The notes beneath the pieces are model-generated. The model was given only the letters and a program-made list of their open reading frames with translations. It had not been told where the DNA came from and searched no databases. Made by a program: the position numbers and the translations under genes. Below, in pieces: positions 1 to 13,299 of a DNA stretch of 64,000 bases (positions are counted from its first letter, which is position 1; every line of letters starts with the position of its first letter). The stretch covers positions 22,630,001 through 22,694,000 of the forward strand of contig OZ024747.1 in the NCBI GenBank assembly GCA_964016885.1. Direction: 5' to 3'. Source of the stretch: Eledone cirrhosa. Lineage: Eukaryota.

Positions 1-145
1 AGTCGTTATAAATATGTGCGATTATCAGTGGATGGGGACAAAGCTGATGGACTGAACAAATAAATATAAAAAAATTATAACTACACGATACCGGTGTTGA
101 TTATCTCCCTTGTAACTATTATTCAGTTAAACCGCCATTTCCAAC

Positions 146-239
146 ATGGGTTCTAGTTCAGATTTTTACTTACGTTATTATGTTGGACATAAAGGGAAGT
201 TTGGACATGAATTTTTAGAATTTGAATTCCGACCGGACG
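146..239 (+). CDS. mago: mago nashi coding exon 1
   Basis: ATG at 146, [31 protein letters not shown]+G, donor G|gtaagt. Confidence 0.97.
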
Positions 240-3220
240 GTAAGTCATCTTAAGTAAACTAAATAACCAAATATTTCTTTAAAAGCCTTGGTTTTTCTTT
301 CTCTCTTAGGGAAATCATTTACAATTAATTAAGTAGTTCTAAACTTATTTTATATATTCCAACCATATTTTGTGATTTATCTGGAAATTTATGAGTACTC
401 TTGAAATCTATTAATTATGATTGTATGTAAAAAGTCTTAAAATTATTATTAAAAATAATCTACCGGGCGAAACGAATTTGCAACCCGGTGTAGCGATTTC
501 AGATTACCTCTCCTCCTTCATACCTTGAAATCGTGTTCCAATTACCAGGAGGTAGGATGGAATCAATTTTAAATTACTCCTTGGCCTAACTTGAAATAAT
601 TTCATCTTACCCTCCACGATTTCAGTTTACCCCTAAGCAATCATTCTCCAAATGGCCTTCGACTTGTGATTAGCAAAATAATGATTATTTTTGTAACTTA
701 TAATAACTGCTAATATGTGATTAATAAAAGAAGTAGTCAAGCACTAGGATTGATTTAATTGATTTTAATATTTCCCCAAATTGCTGCCTTTGTGCCAAAA
801 CTAGAAATCATTATTATTTCTTTAGTTATTTCTGTAACCTAATAACTGCTAATATTTAAGCATGAAGCTCCTGTCAAGGGAGATAATGTGTAAGATTATT
901 GTGTGAAAAGGAGGCGGTCAGGTTTGGGCTAAAGTGAAACAGCGAAGAATGGGAAAAGAGTTATCCCAGGACCGGCTGGCTCCAGATGTGAAGGGAAACC
1001 AGCAGCTTGAAGGCTCATTCCGATGCCGGCGTGCCGATGGAACCGACCTGCACTGTGGGAGGAGTGCATCTGAGATAGATATACAGCCTAGACTAGGGTG
1101 TCCCTTGCTCCCTTTTCCAATTTCGTTATTTTGTTTTTCTTATAATTCAATTAAAATTTGTTGAATAAAAGTTTGTTTGTTTGAGGTGATGGTCCAAATT
1201 AGGGTTGATATCACCAATTTATCTAAACCAAAGGATGGCTATTCATAGTATGGACTACTTCGCGAAATAGCCCAGAGCTTGACTTTTAAAAGGCCACACA
1301 TCAGAAAATGTTGCAAAGTTTCTGCTTAAGGCTATCATGTGTTATCATGGTTTGTGTAAGAATACAAATTAATGATCAAGAAAGTTTGGCAAACAAGTAT
1401 CAGCTTGGCTAAATTAATTGATATTAATGCAACAACGTATAACGAGTACTTTATCACCAAAGCATCATTGTGGGGCGTCAAAATCCTGCTATCAAAGATT
1501 CATTTAAAATATCTCTTGAGGACAGTTCCGACTGAGTTGAATGTTTATCAGCAGTTTTCTTTACGCATTGAACATTCAGTCTTCTACCAATTTTATTCAT
1601 TTCTAAATTATATACAACATTTAAGCAGTACTTCTATTTGAACTGCAGTACAACCAAACTTCCATATCCAGTAAAATAGAGATCTGGACAGCATTGCTTA
1701 TTTTTGAAGTTGCCTTCATTATTCTGATCAAAAATCTATTTTTAGAGAACACCAACCGACTTTCAGATAAACATAAAGTACTTCAAAAAGAATGTAAATT
1801 CCATCAATTTCGCCTGATATAGGGAATAGCACCCCTAAGTACTTTAACAAAATAGAAAACAAACTAATTCTGAATCTCTGGTGTTTAAAACCTAAATACC
1901 AAAAATAATTTTTACATTTTGAGACTTCCTTATAATTTCAAAGTTTTGCCAATGGTGGTTTATTCAAACACACACACACATACAAATATGTATATATGAA
2001 TGTGTGTGTTTGAACAAACCATCAGTGAAACTTTCAAGTCACTGAATTAAATATAATAAATGTTAGACTCTACTACTACACTACACATGTATCAAGTCCT
2101 TTATTCAGCCAATAATTTTTTGCTTCATAAGTTGTAAGCATTAGAATTTTATCATTTTAGCTAAATCAGAGAAGGAAGTAATATGAATAGTGCAGAGGTA
2201 GTAATCATAAGATTATGCAGGCATATTCAGTACTAAAAAAACTATGCAAAAAAAAAAACCCAAAACAGGAAAGGATAATAAATAAGAAGGGGAGAAAATA
2301 AAGAAGAAAAAGTGAGAGAGAAGACTCCCACACTCAATCACGCACCAAGAAGTGCTGGAACCTCCCTCTAATAATTTTAGAGGCAAACCAATGCAGCTGG
2401 AATATCGAAGCACTCATGCAGACGTGTCCTAATAACTCAGTAAGGTGAGCCACCAACAATGGCATGTCCTTTATTGACAGTGGTCCACCTCCTCAAAATG
2501 TCTCGAAGGCTGGAAGGAATAATTTGCTGATAATTCCTGGTATTTTAGAAATTTATTCTGTTCACCCATACTTTTACCACAGCATACAGGATGTAGGAAG
2601 GAGCAAAAGGGTCACAAATGAATCATCTACCCCCTATCCAGGGCCAATGGATAAGACCGTCGGGCCTCTTCCCATCAACTCTGGGCAGAGGTAATATGTA
2701 ATTAAGTTCATGTTACCCCCACAGTTAATATGAAAGCTATTTTATGACTACTGGCTAGTTAATACTTGGAATTTTAACACCGAATTCAATTCGACCAGGC
2801 TTCTTCCCTTCATTTATGCCACTAATTTGTTTAATGAAATGTCTACTGTGCTATTTAACTTCCTATACAAAGTTCACAAGGAGTCACTCATGGTTATTAA
2901 ATTTAGCTTTTCACATGTGTTCATGAGGTTAGAAATAAAATAGAATATCACTCATCATTCTTGTAGTTGTCATATTCATGTGTAACTGTTTTGCAGGTAA
3001 TTTAACAGTTGAAATTACTGAACAATTACTAAATTGTGTATAATTAAGTAAGCTGTTGTCATGCCTTTGATTTGTTTTGTTAAGAAGAAAGCTGATTGGT
3101 TTGCTTGTTTGATATATGTGTGTGTATGTAATGTATGTATGTGTATATATATAATGTGTGTGTATATATATAATGTGTGTGTATATATATATGTGTATGT
3201 ATGCATATATAATGTGTGTG

Positions 3221-3251
<31 letters not shown>

Positions 3252-3603
3252 CATCATCACCGTTTTACGTCCATTCTTCCACACTAGCATGGGTTAGATG
3301 GGTTGTCCTGTTATGGGCAGTGTCTGGTCGGCTGACCTTGCCTTGCTCATACGGGAACTTGATTTCTACAGCTGGATGCCCTTCCTAACACCAACCTCAT
3401 TTACAGTGAGTGCTGGGTGCTTTTTTGCCTTGGCACCTCCAGTGGAATGATAGGGACCCCAGTCCTATCATCTCATTTCTACAGCTGACTAAACTGGAGC
3501 AAGGAAACAACACATCACCCAGTCCGAGAATTGAACTCACAACCTTTTGATTGCAAGCCCAATGCTCTAACCACTAAGCCATGCGCCTTCACATATGTGC
3601 GTG

Positions 3604-3634
<31 letters not shown>

Positions 3635-3871
3635 TTCTTTTCAATGGCTGACAATACCTTACCGGCGCCACTCGAATAAGGTAGTTATTTAACCCATAAA
3701 TGGAGCCCTACATGGACACACTAGAAGAGGAAGACCAAGGTTAACATATGTTGATGCCCTAAGGACAGACACTGGTCTGTTGGAGATGCAGGATATGGCA
3801 GCGATAATGAGGGACAGAGACCGCTGGAGAGAACTCGTCCATGGATCTCGGGAATTTTACCCGCCTTAGAT

Positions 3872-3913
<42 letters not shown>

Positions 3914-6900
3914 TTGAAGCAAGACACTTTATTTCGCATTGCTCCAGTTTACTCAGCTGTAGAAATGAGATGCATATATATGTATGTATATATATATATA
4001 TGTGTGTGTATGTATATGTATGTATGTATAATGTGTGTATATGTATGTATATATATATATATATGTATGTATAATGTGTGTGTATGTATATATATATACA
4101 TATACATACACGCATTATACATACATATATATATATATATAATTGTTTCTACTTTTGGCACAAGGCCAGCAAATTACCCAGTGCATTACTGGTACTTTAT
4201 TCTATCGACCCCGTAAGGATGAAAGGCAAAGTCAACCTCGGCGGGATTTGAACTCAGATTGTAAAGGGACGTAACTATGCTGGAAAGCATGGCGTCTGAC
4301 CCTCTACCGATACTGCCAATCCACCGGTTATATATATATATAATGAGTTTCTGCCTGCTTCAGATATTTCAGGAATGTCACAACAACTATCTTTGGACAA
4401 TAAAAACACCTAGCGACCCACCTGTCTGACTGTCTATATATTTTTTACAGCTGCTTTTCCATGCCTGCATGATTTGGCTGGTGTACATGCATGCATACAC
4501 ACACATGTTGTATTAACTTCTTGCTTTAATACAATATATATATATAAGGATAAAGACCCCCCTTCCGTCACAAATGACCATGGGAATTGTACCTAGAAAA
4601 GTACCCCTCCGAGGCACAAGTCCGGGCAAGGTTGTTTGTGGAAGACCAGCAGTCGCCCATCCATACCAGTCTCCCACTCTCCACGCCACTGGTGTTGTCC
4701 AAGGAAAAGGCAAAGGCCGATACAGCTTGGCACCAGTGATGTCGCAATTCATTTCTACAGTTAATTACACTGGAGCAACGTGAAATAAAGTATTTTGCTC
4801 AAAAGTCAGGTCGGAGAATCAAACTCACAACCTCCCGATTGCAAGCCCAATGCTCTAACCACTAAGTCAGGCGCCTTCACTATATCATCATATATTGTGT
4901 GTTTGTATACCATCCAAACCATGCAAGCATGGAAAAGTAGATGTAAATTTGATTATGATATATATTATCATGATTGTTTAATGTTCATTTTTCCATACTT
5001 GCTTTGGTTAAAAAGGTGTCACATTATGAAATAAATCAGGTTAGGTGACCACATCTTGTTCATATGGACCTGTATTTTGGCTAAGTTTCTACAGTTGGAT
5101 ACCCTTCCTATTGCCAACTGTGTTACAGTGTGAACTGGGTTCTTTTTCGTCATGTCACCAGCACGACTACCTTGCAGGGAGGATTGGACAGGTTTTCATC
5201 ATGTCACCAGCACAATCACATTAGAGTGGACTGGGTACTTTTTATCTTGTCAGCAGCTTGACCACCTTAAATCGTAGATTGGGTGCTTATTTTTCCTCCC
5301 TTGTGTCACCGACATAACCACTATACAGGTTGAACTGGGAGTCTCTTGTCTCACCAGCATGGCCACCTTACAGGGTGGACTGGGTGCTTTTGTTATGGCA
5401 GCAGCATCATGAGGGAGCAAATGTGGAGCATGTCCAGCTTTCCATGCTTGTATTTTTGGGTTGGACAAAATAGGTGTATCAGGGATGAGGAAGGTGAGAG
5501 TTAGGGTGGAGGTTAATGAGTATGCAAATTGAACATGGCTGATGTGAGTAGGATATTTAGCTGTTGGGAGGAGGTATTATAACTGTGAAGGGCGAATTGG
5601 GAGGGCTAGGGAGAAGAATGGTGCAGACTAGTGTCCTTTACGTTTGTTTCATCCTCTGCACATTTTCTCAGACATGACATCTTTATTCATTTTAGTAATA
5701 TAAACATATATATATCAGTCATAATCATCATCATCATCATCGTTTAACGTCCATCTTCCACGCTTGCATGGGTTTGGACGAGAGTTTTCCCACTTGAGGC
5801 AAGATTTGTTGTCCTGCTCGTATAGGACTGTCTGGCGGGTTTTCTACGGCTGGATGCCCTTCCTAACACCAACCACATTTATAGTGTGGGACTGGGAGCT
5901 TTTTACCGTGTTACCTACACGGCCACATTACAGCGTGGACTGTGTTTTTTGTTGTGACACCTACACGACCTCATTTGTTTCGGACTGGATGTTGTGGTAC
6001 CAACATAACTTTACATTGAAAGGGGTGGTGTGGATGGGACGGGGGTGTATTTTTGTTAGAGGTGCCTACTGACTGTAGTAGGTTTCACTTTGTACTTAGG
6101 TAAGGCGGGTCTTCTGTATTACTGAGTACCGCCAAAGGTCTCGGTCCAGTGACATTGTCTTGGAAAGGTGTAAGTGTGTGAGGTCGGAATTTATCAAGTC
6201 GTCCCAGGTTTTTCTGGGTCTGCCTACTCCGTGGCTACCGTCTATTTTTATTACCCTGCGCGTTTTTATACAGCTGTCGTCTTTCATGCGCATCACGTGA
6301 CCATACCAATGTAGTCTTCTCTCGAATAAACAACATCTGATCCCTCTTATTTCTAATTTTTCCCTTAGTTCGTTTATGCTTTGCCGTTCACGTATATTAC
6401 TATTACACATCCGGCGGGGCATGCAAGCTTCGTTCCTCTCCAGTCTGTGTATATCCTCTGCACACAATGCCCAGGTCTCACTGCCATGTAACATTGCAGT
6501 TCGTATGCAGGCATCATACAGCCTGCCTTTCATTTTTAGAGAGAACCCTTTAGCGGCTAATAGTGGTATAAGCTCTCTGAACTTTTTCCATCCGGTTCTG
6601 ACTCTAGCTACTGTACTTTCAGAGCACCCTCCACCACTGCTGATTTTGTCACCGAAGTAATGGAAGGTGTCCACTATTTCTTAAGTGGCAACTAAAATGG
6701 TTGGCATCAGGAAGCGGATCCAGCTGTAAAACATTATCTCAAAACATCACATACAACTCTTGCAGAATGGAAAAGTACATTTAAAAACAATGATGATGAT
6801 AATATATACATGTATGTGTACCAGCCAAATACTTCTCATTTACACCCTGCTGTCCTAAAATGTAAGAACACATTAGATAATGTAGAATTAGATATATTAT

Positions 6901-9900
6901 GTTTGCAAAAAAAAAAAAAAAACACAAGACAGGATAATCATAATTGTAAGCTTTTACCTAAAATGTTTTTGATTAGGGCTGCCTTACGGTTAAACAACAG
7001 CTGCCTTCTATCTCAACATGGATTGTATTTCCTCTCTATTATATGTGGCTTTATCATCATCATCTTTTCCACACTAGTTAGTGTGTGTTAGACGGGTTTA
7101 TTCCATTTGAGGCAAGTTGGGTCAGGTGACTGTGTCTTGCTCATATAAGACTGTTTCTGGCTAGATTTCTACAGCTGGATGCCCTTCCTAACGCCAACCT
7201 CATTTACAGTGTGGTCTGGGTGCTTTTTGTCGTGACACCTACACTACCACTTTACAGTGTGGGCTAGGTGCTTTTTGTTGTGATACCTACACTACCACTT
7301 TACAGTGTGGGCTGGATGTTGGCTATTTAATCAAAAGATATACTGTATTTAGGATTTCCATCATTTCTTGTGTTCATTGCTGAATTAATCTACAAAGATT
7401 TCAATATGTGCATGTGTATTTCTTTTGTAATATTTCCCTTCTGTCTAAGACTGATAATATATTTTCACTTTTTTGTTTTCAGGTAAACTACGCTATGCAA
7501 ACAATTCTAATTACAAAAATGATACTATGATTAGGAAAGAAGTAAGTGAATTAAACTATTACAAAAATTACAGCTTCACAGCAGCATGGGTTATGGAGAG
7601 ATACATTTATGAAGACATCATTATTGTTATTATTATCGTTTGATGTCTGCTTTCTCTGTTAGCAATGGTTGAATATATGATCACATTTTATCTCCTCTTT
7701 TCCATGCTTGCATGGGTCGGGCAGTCTTTTCCAGCACAGCATCTCCCTTCTCATAAAGGAAATCCAATGTATTGTGCAAGAGAGAGTGCATTGGTATGAA
7801 GATGGGAGGCATATAAATGATGATCATTGGGTGAAGAAGTGCCAAGAGTTCCAAATGAAGGACGCTTCAGAAGAGGAAAACCGAGGAAAGCCTGGCTAGA
7901 AGCAACTGAGGAAAGCTGGGTAGAAGGACAGCTGTGCTGGGGAAAGACTCATCCCACCCATGCAGGCATGGAAAAGCAAACATAAAAATGATGTGTGTGT
8001 CTCTGTGCTTATGTCTACATAATATTGTTGGCTCATTTAATAATCTTAAATTCTATGAAAATCTTTCCTTTTGTATATTTAGGCTTATGTACACAAGTCA
8101 GTGATGGAAGAATTAAAAAGAATAATTGAGGATTCTGAGGTAATGCGTGAAGATGATGAATTGTGGCCATCACCTGACAGAGTTGGTCGACAGGTATGTC
8201 ATATTTTAAATGAAGCGGCCTTACACATTTATCAGATACTGTCAAGAACTTTGACCTTTCATTGCCATATTTCTAATGAAAGGCACTGCTTATAGTTTTC
8301 AAATCATTATGAAAATAATCAAGATTTTGAAAGCATTTAGTAATATAACTTAAAAGGTTCTTACATAAAATTTTGGTGGAAGATTTTTAAATAAATATAA
8401 ACATTTTAAAAGAATCACCTTTGTATCATAAAACCAGGAGCAGTTTCAGGCAGTGATGATACTTTTGTATATTTCTTATAACATGTTGATTTCTAATTTA
8501 GGCACAAGGTTAGCAAATTTAGGGGTGAAGAGCAAAGTTGATTAAATCAACTCCAGTAATTGATTGGTACTTTATTGACCCTAGAAGGATGAAAGGCAAA
8601 GTTGACCTCAACAGAATTCAAACTCAAAATGTAAAGAGCCAGATTAAATACCACAATGGCATTTTATCTGATGCTCTGCCAATCCACCATCTTTGTTATA
8701 ATATTAATATATAGAAACGTGATTTTTAATCTATGTAAAGCACAGAATTACTATTATTGTCACACCTAATTTCTTTTTCTTTTAAAGGAGCTTGAGATTG
8801 TCATTGGTGATGAGCATATATCATTTACAACTTCTAAAATTGGATCCTTAGTTGATGTTAACCAAAGCAAGTAGGTCCATTCTATTAACTTCTTTAAATC
8901 TGTTATTCTATACAAGTATACCTGTATTGTGGATTGTATGAAATATACTCTTTATATAATTGTTTCTGCTTTAGGCACAAGGCCAGCAATTATCCAGTGC
9001 ATTACTGGTACTTTATTTTATCGACCCCGTAAGGATGAAAGGCAAAGTCAACTTTATATAATAGTATTTTATTAGAAAGCTATCACAATGTGAAAGGTGA
9101 CTTGGAAAGCAGGGCAGGCAGTCCATGATGCAGACCAATCACCATGTCAGGTATTGGAAAATCTTCTAGGATTACAATGAATCCCCTTGCCTGTGCTAAT
9201 TCTGTCAGATAAAAATGGATATTTGTCGAGATGAATAATTCCAACATATCTCATAACTTTGGCAATTGCCTTCCAACTATTTCATCCAGTAGTGTTATTC
9301 AAGCAGTCGACTTTGAAAAAAAAAGTTAAATTCCTTTGAAGCCAATTGAAAGAGTACCAAATTAAGTGAATTTGCACCAAAAATCTCCTTTATTCTTGCT
9401 TGCACTCTGTTCTCACGCTTGCTCCATCATAAGTTTGTGCAATGTATTTTTAGCCTCAGTTGAATTCTTTAACAAATTTTCGAACTTCTGTCAGCGATGC
9501 AGCTCTTCTTTCTTTACTGACATTGATGTACCCCAAAAACCTTTGAGGTTTTTCCTTATCAACAAATTGCAAAACACATGACAATTGAGATTTCATTTGA
9601 AGATCCGTAGTTTCGTTTGTATTGAGAAAGATACATGGAGTTGGAAGGGTCATCTAATTTATGTTAATTTAATATCAATAAAAATCCCGTAAATTAAGAT
9701 ATTTATTTAACCCTTTAGCATTTAAACTGACCAAATCCAGCCAGAATGCTCTCACCTCTTTCTGTTCAAACTGATGTTAACTGGTCACTCATACTGATGT
9801 TAAGATATTGTTCTCAAAATAAATATCAAAATCTGAGATTTGATATTATGTGAGGTAAAGTGTTTGTGAAAATATAGAGTAATGTAAATGGTAAAGGGTT

Positions 9901-10414
9901 AAAGTGCAGTCTTCATATTTATGAATGAACCCTTAATTTCTGATGTATTTGTAGGGCGGTGTCATTATGATATACAGTATGTCTTAGGTATGTTAAACCT
10001 GGTTGAGCCCCCTCTCCAGGTTTGAACACAGCTGATTTCTTTGATAAAGAGTGAAAGACCAACTTCAGTACTTGACTGGTACATTTTTTAACAACCTCGA
10101 TAGCATGAGAGGTAAAGTTGTTTTCGGCAGGATTTGAACTCAGAGAGTGCAGAATCAGAATAAATACTGCAAAACATTTAATCTAACAGTTTTCCACCTA
10201 TGCTAGGACATAGGTTATAATTATCTGTACAGCCTTCCTATCTATTTTATTTACTAAATATAAAATGTACATCCATCATTTATTTTCTGAATTAAATTTT
10301 TATTTTTTCTCCAGGGATCCTGAAGGATTGCGAATATTCTACTACTTGGTCCAAGATCTGAAATGTCTTGTCTTCTCTCTCATTGGACTCCATTTCAAGA
10401 TTAAACCCATCTAA
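146..10414 (+). CDS. mago: Mago nashi homolog (exon junction complex core protein), complete, 5 exons, 148 aa
   Basis: Exons 146-239, 7483-7541, 8083-8193, 8788-8870, 10315-10414, all GT-AG, 447 nt in frame. Translation: [148 protein letters not shown]. Recognised as the highly conserved MAGOH sequence. Confidence 0.98.
1186..1620 (+). mobile_element. Degenerate Gypsy/Ginger-type integrase relic
   Basis: Broken frames read [19 protein letters not shown]...[34 protein letters not shown], resembling the rve core (DYFSKW.EA...TAExVAxFL...ICRHG...SDQG). Confidence 0.55.
3113..3250. repeat. Compound (TA)n/(TG)n microsatellite; similar tracts at 3974-4140, 15039-15146, 38253-38294, 42338-42374, 43841-43880, 63608-63673
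   Basis: Direct inspection. Confidence 0.9.
3252..3592 (-). mobile_element. tRNA-derived SINE (CORE-like body, RTE-like (CAT)n tail); relative at 42631-42951
   Basis: Minus strand has an A box (TGGCTTAGTGG) and a B box (GAGTTCAATTC); 3' part shared with the RTE tail. Confidence 0.8.
3701..3875 (+). mobile_element. 3' end of a non-LTR retrotransposon (RTE-like)
   Basis: [52 protein letters not shown] followed by a TAGA/TA tail. Confidence 0.75.
4139..4326 (-). mobile_element. tRNA-derived SINE with Nin/Deu-like domain
   Basis: A box TGGCAGTATCGG, B box GAGTTCAAATCC, then TTTGCCTTTCATCCTTACGGGGTCGATA; many copies in the window. Confidence 0.85.
4553..4880 (-). mobile_element. tRNA-derived SINE, CORE-like body with a different 3' tail
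   Basis: Head GTGAAGGCGCCTGACTTAGTGGTTAGAGC...GAGTTTGATTC; body TTTATTTCACGTTGCTCCAGT shared with 3252-3592. Confidence 0.75.
5724..6677 (-). mobile_element. RTE-clade LINE, 5'-truncated 3' fragment
   Basis: ORF 6096-6674 ([30 protein letters not shown]) plus 3' UTR and (CAT)n tail; close relative of 47615-48588. Confidence 0.93.
7483..7541 (+). CDS. mago: mago nashi coding exon 2
   Basis: ttttcag|[21 protein letters not shown]|gtaagt. Confidence 0.97.
8083..8193 (+). CDS. mago: mago nashi coding exon 3
   Basis: atttag|[37 protein letters not shown]|gtatgt. Confidence 0.97.
8788..8870 (+). CDS. mago: mago nashi coding exon 4
   Basis: tttaaag|[27 protein letters not shown]+AA|gtaggt. Confidence 0.97.
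9110..9660 (-). mobile_element. hAT transposase relic (ZMYM1-like type)
   Basis: Broken frames [19 protein letters not shown]...RFLGY...[10 protein letters not shown]...FFSKST...[11 protein letters not shown]. Confidence 0.72.
9711..9898. mobile_element. piggyBac-like MITE; family copies at ~19515-19704, 32770-32945, 45228-45427, 55827-56364, 57455-57647, 58642-58852, 62287-62481
   Basis: TTAA|CCCTTTAGCATTTA ... TAAATG(C/G)TAAAGGG|TTAA termini, ~190-210 bp. Confidence 0.85.
10315..10414 (+). CDS. mago: mago nashi coding exon 5 (stop)
   Basis: ctccag|[36 protein letters not shown]. Confidence 0.97.
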
Positions 10415-10555
10415 CTTAATCAACATGGAACTATACCATTTTTGTCATGTAAAATAATTTCACTTCACATTTTCAGAACAATTTTGCATTAATTTTATTA
10501 AATATATTGTCAGGAAAAAAATTATAGCTTTTTAATCATTTATATATAACAAAGA

Positions 10556-10846
10556 AAGTGTGGTAAGAAACCAGGTGGGCCATTACGCACCAGAGTACTC
10601 GATACTTAGAGCGTGAGTAATAGTACTATTGCGAATAGTTTACTATCTGAAATGTCTTGTCTTCTCTCTCATTGGACTCTATTTCAAGATTAAACCCATC
10701 TCACATAATCAACATCAATATGGAACATTCGGGAGTGGGTTATAGGAAAATAGTCAGGACCTCAACAGCTGAGCTCCAGCCATTTTGGATCTAGCTGTCA
10801 AAACGCCTGGGGGTACTATGTCGTACCTTGTCGTACTATTACATCT
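10556..10846. mobile_element. Short non-autonomous element carrying a captured copy of mago exon 5
   Basis: Flanks align to the reverse complement of 42979-43097; internal 10628-10726 duplicates 10327-10431. Confidence 0.75.
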
Positions 10847-11489
10847 TTTCAGTCTACTATCAATGTATCTTTTCTTGAAATTTCTGCTCGGTACCCTTTT
10901 GCCTCACCCATCTCTCACTTAGTTTCAATCTATATCTGGCTATCTATGGCGTGTGCGTTATTATTTTACTAAACAAATTTACATTACATTTCAAAATCTT
11001 GTCAGATCTCTTTAAACAGCCATGGAGTATAGTGAAAGAAAGAAGCCAGTTAAGCAAAACCTTACCTTATTGTAGTGTTGTGATGAATCTGGCACATATC
11101 TCACCTCCTCTCCCTTATTATGCAGCTCACCATGAGGGGCAAGGGGTGTGTTTGGTAACCCCAATGGGAGTGTTGTCACTCAGAATAAATATTTAAACCG
11201 TGATTGCTTGTGAGGGGATGAGGGTTTTTTAATTTAAAGAATACAGTCTGTAGGAGAGCAGTTACTACAAATGAAACAAAATAAGACTGCACAGGGAAGA
11301 CATGTTCGCTAAGCTAGGAGGCCAGTAGCTTAAAACTCAAATTAGTACATGGCAGCCTGTCTAGGAGGGCTGTAGCTCTGAATAAAATACAACACAACTG
11401 TGTTGGCTCTGTCTAAAACTGAATTGTAGGCAACCTGTCTAGAAGAGCAGTCACTCTAAATAAAAACTGTTACAGGGTAGAGTGGACCC

Positions 11490-12120
11490 CTCAGTCCTGT
11501 AAAACCTCTGGTGCTGGTGGCATAAATAATGCATTCAGTCCATGCTGTAAAGTGGTTGGTGGTAGGCTGGGCTTCGAACCAGTAAAACCATGCCAAAGCT
11601 ATGCAAGGTACAACACAAATCTCTCACTAATTGCACATACAGGATTAACACTACTCGTGTTAGTGGGGTGGCTAACTTAGCCATGTGTGAGAACCATTCG
11701 ACTCATCAAGCAGTCAGACACTCTTCTCTTCCAGGTACAAGACCAAATCACCATTACCAGGTATCTCAGGTAAAATTGTAGAGTTGCTTGAGCGGCAACA
11801 AGTGGATATATATTGTGTTGAGGAGATGAAATGGAGAGGTGCCTCTGCAAGACTCATCACAAGCAACATAGTTACACGCTCTTTGGTGTGGGTGGAGTGG
11901 TAACCAATGAAGAGTAAGCAACAGAATAATCATAGGTAATAGATTAACAACAATTATCTTTAGCTTCACACCACAGGCAGGATTAGATGGGAAACAAAAG
12001 GACCACTTTTATGAGCACCTTCTACAAACAACCTCAGTTACTGATAACAGACCTCATCCTAGCAGGTGACTCCAATGGACAACACAAGGATGGCTACACT
12101 GGTGTACATAGGGGCAATGT
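11490..12120 (+). mobile_element. Old RTE LINE fragment (endonuclease region), degenerate
   Basis: VELLERQQVDIYCVEEMKWRGASAR ... PQAGLDGKQKDHFYEHL ... LILAGDSNG match AP-endonuclease motifs. Confidence 0.72.
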
Positions 12121-13299
12121 CTGTGATGCAAGGGTTGACCTCTCAAATAGGTCTTACAAGATATGATCCCCCAGCCTGAGTATTATGGTAGGAGGACATA
12201 GTTTAAAGTGTCAAGACAGCATTTATTTTGAGTATTTGAATTTAAACTAGTTTATAAGAATACTGCTGTATTTCTTGGGCATGAGTGTAAGCAGTCCTTA
12301 GAAGTTGAGATGCCAGGCATTGGACAAGTAACCTGCACCACAAGGTGTCAAGAATGTGTGTTCCATACTGACTTAGGATGTGAACAAAAAAAAAACAAAA
12401 AAACGTTAGCATAAAGTTACCGGAACACAAATGCAAAGATGAAAAGTGTTTTTTCTTTTCTTTTCCATTATCTAAAAAAGTAAACATGTCAATATTCAAT
12501 AGCAGAGAAACAAGGAAAAACTATTTTTTCCATAGGAATTTATTTCAATATAAGACCAGTAGGTGATATAATTATATTACTGATAGTTTTGCATTATTCT
12601 TAGAAAAATTCTAAATGAAATCCCTCAAGAACAAAGTTTGTAAATAACAAAGGGACATAGTAGGCAGCAAAAAGCAACCTAGATTTATCATTATCACCAT
12701 CACAAACTTTCATCATTGTATCTTATGTACAGTTGGTAATTGTCAGCATTAAAAACTGATATTGCAGACCAAACGTTAGCAACAGAGCAATTAACAGTAG
12801 AAAAATAGAATCAGAAAGGTGTTGAAATGTATTAGGGTGAGCAAAGCTGCTAAATAGTTTCTTTATATGCCATGAAATCTATGTTTTAGTAACACAAGGA
12901 AATAAGGCAAATATTTTCAAGACAAAGAACAGGTTACAACAGAAATTATATTCTTTATTCTAATTAGTTGCTATATTCTTTTTTCAACTTCTAAATTATA
13001 AACTTTCAAATTTTTATATTTTCCTTTAATTTTATGTATATATTTTTAAGTAAAAAAAAAAAAATGGTTTACAAACAGATTTTATCAGACTGAGTAAATA
13101 TTGGCATACTCTGCTTATCTGACTTACAAGCAATTTCCTTTATACTAAGTGTTTCATTCATCTACACTGGCAGATCATGAATGCTGTCTTGGTACATTGG
13201 CCAATGGTTATATTTTGTACCAAATCAAACACTGGCTTATACACAGTTTTTAAGTAGTGTGTGGCTTTAAATTTTTATAGTGTATTCAATTAAGACCTA

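Noticed and set aside
2330-2720. Possible L1/Tx1-like relic
   Set aside because: The block is GC-richer than its surroundings, but no motif could be read with confidence.
3015-4216. YI/VC-rich ORFs (also at 14826-15128, 38175-38372, 63346-63714)
   Set aside because: They are translations of (TA)n/(TG)n microsatellites.
10628-10726. Alternative functional last exon of mago
   Set aside because: It lacks the exon's 5' end and acceptor, has a 12-nt deletion in the conserved YLVQD segment, and has lost the stop codon.
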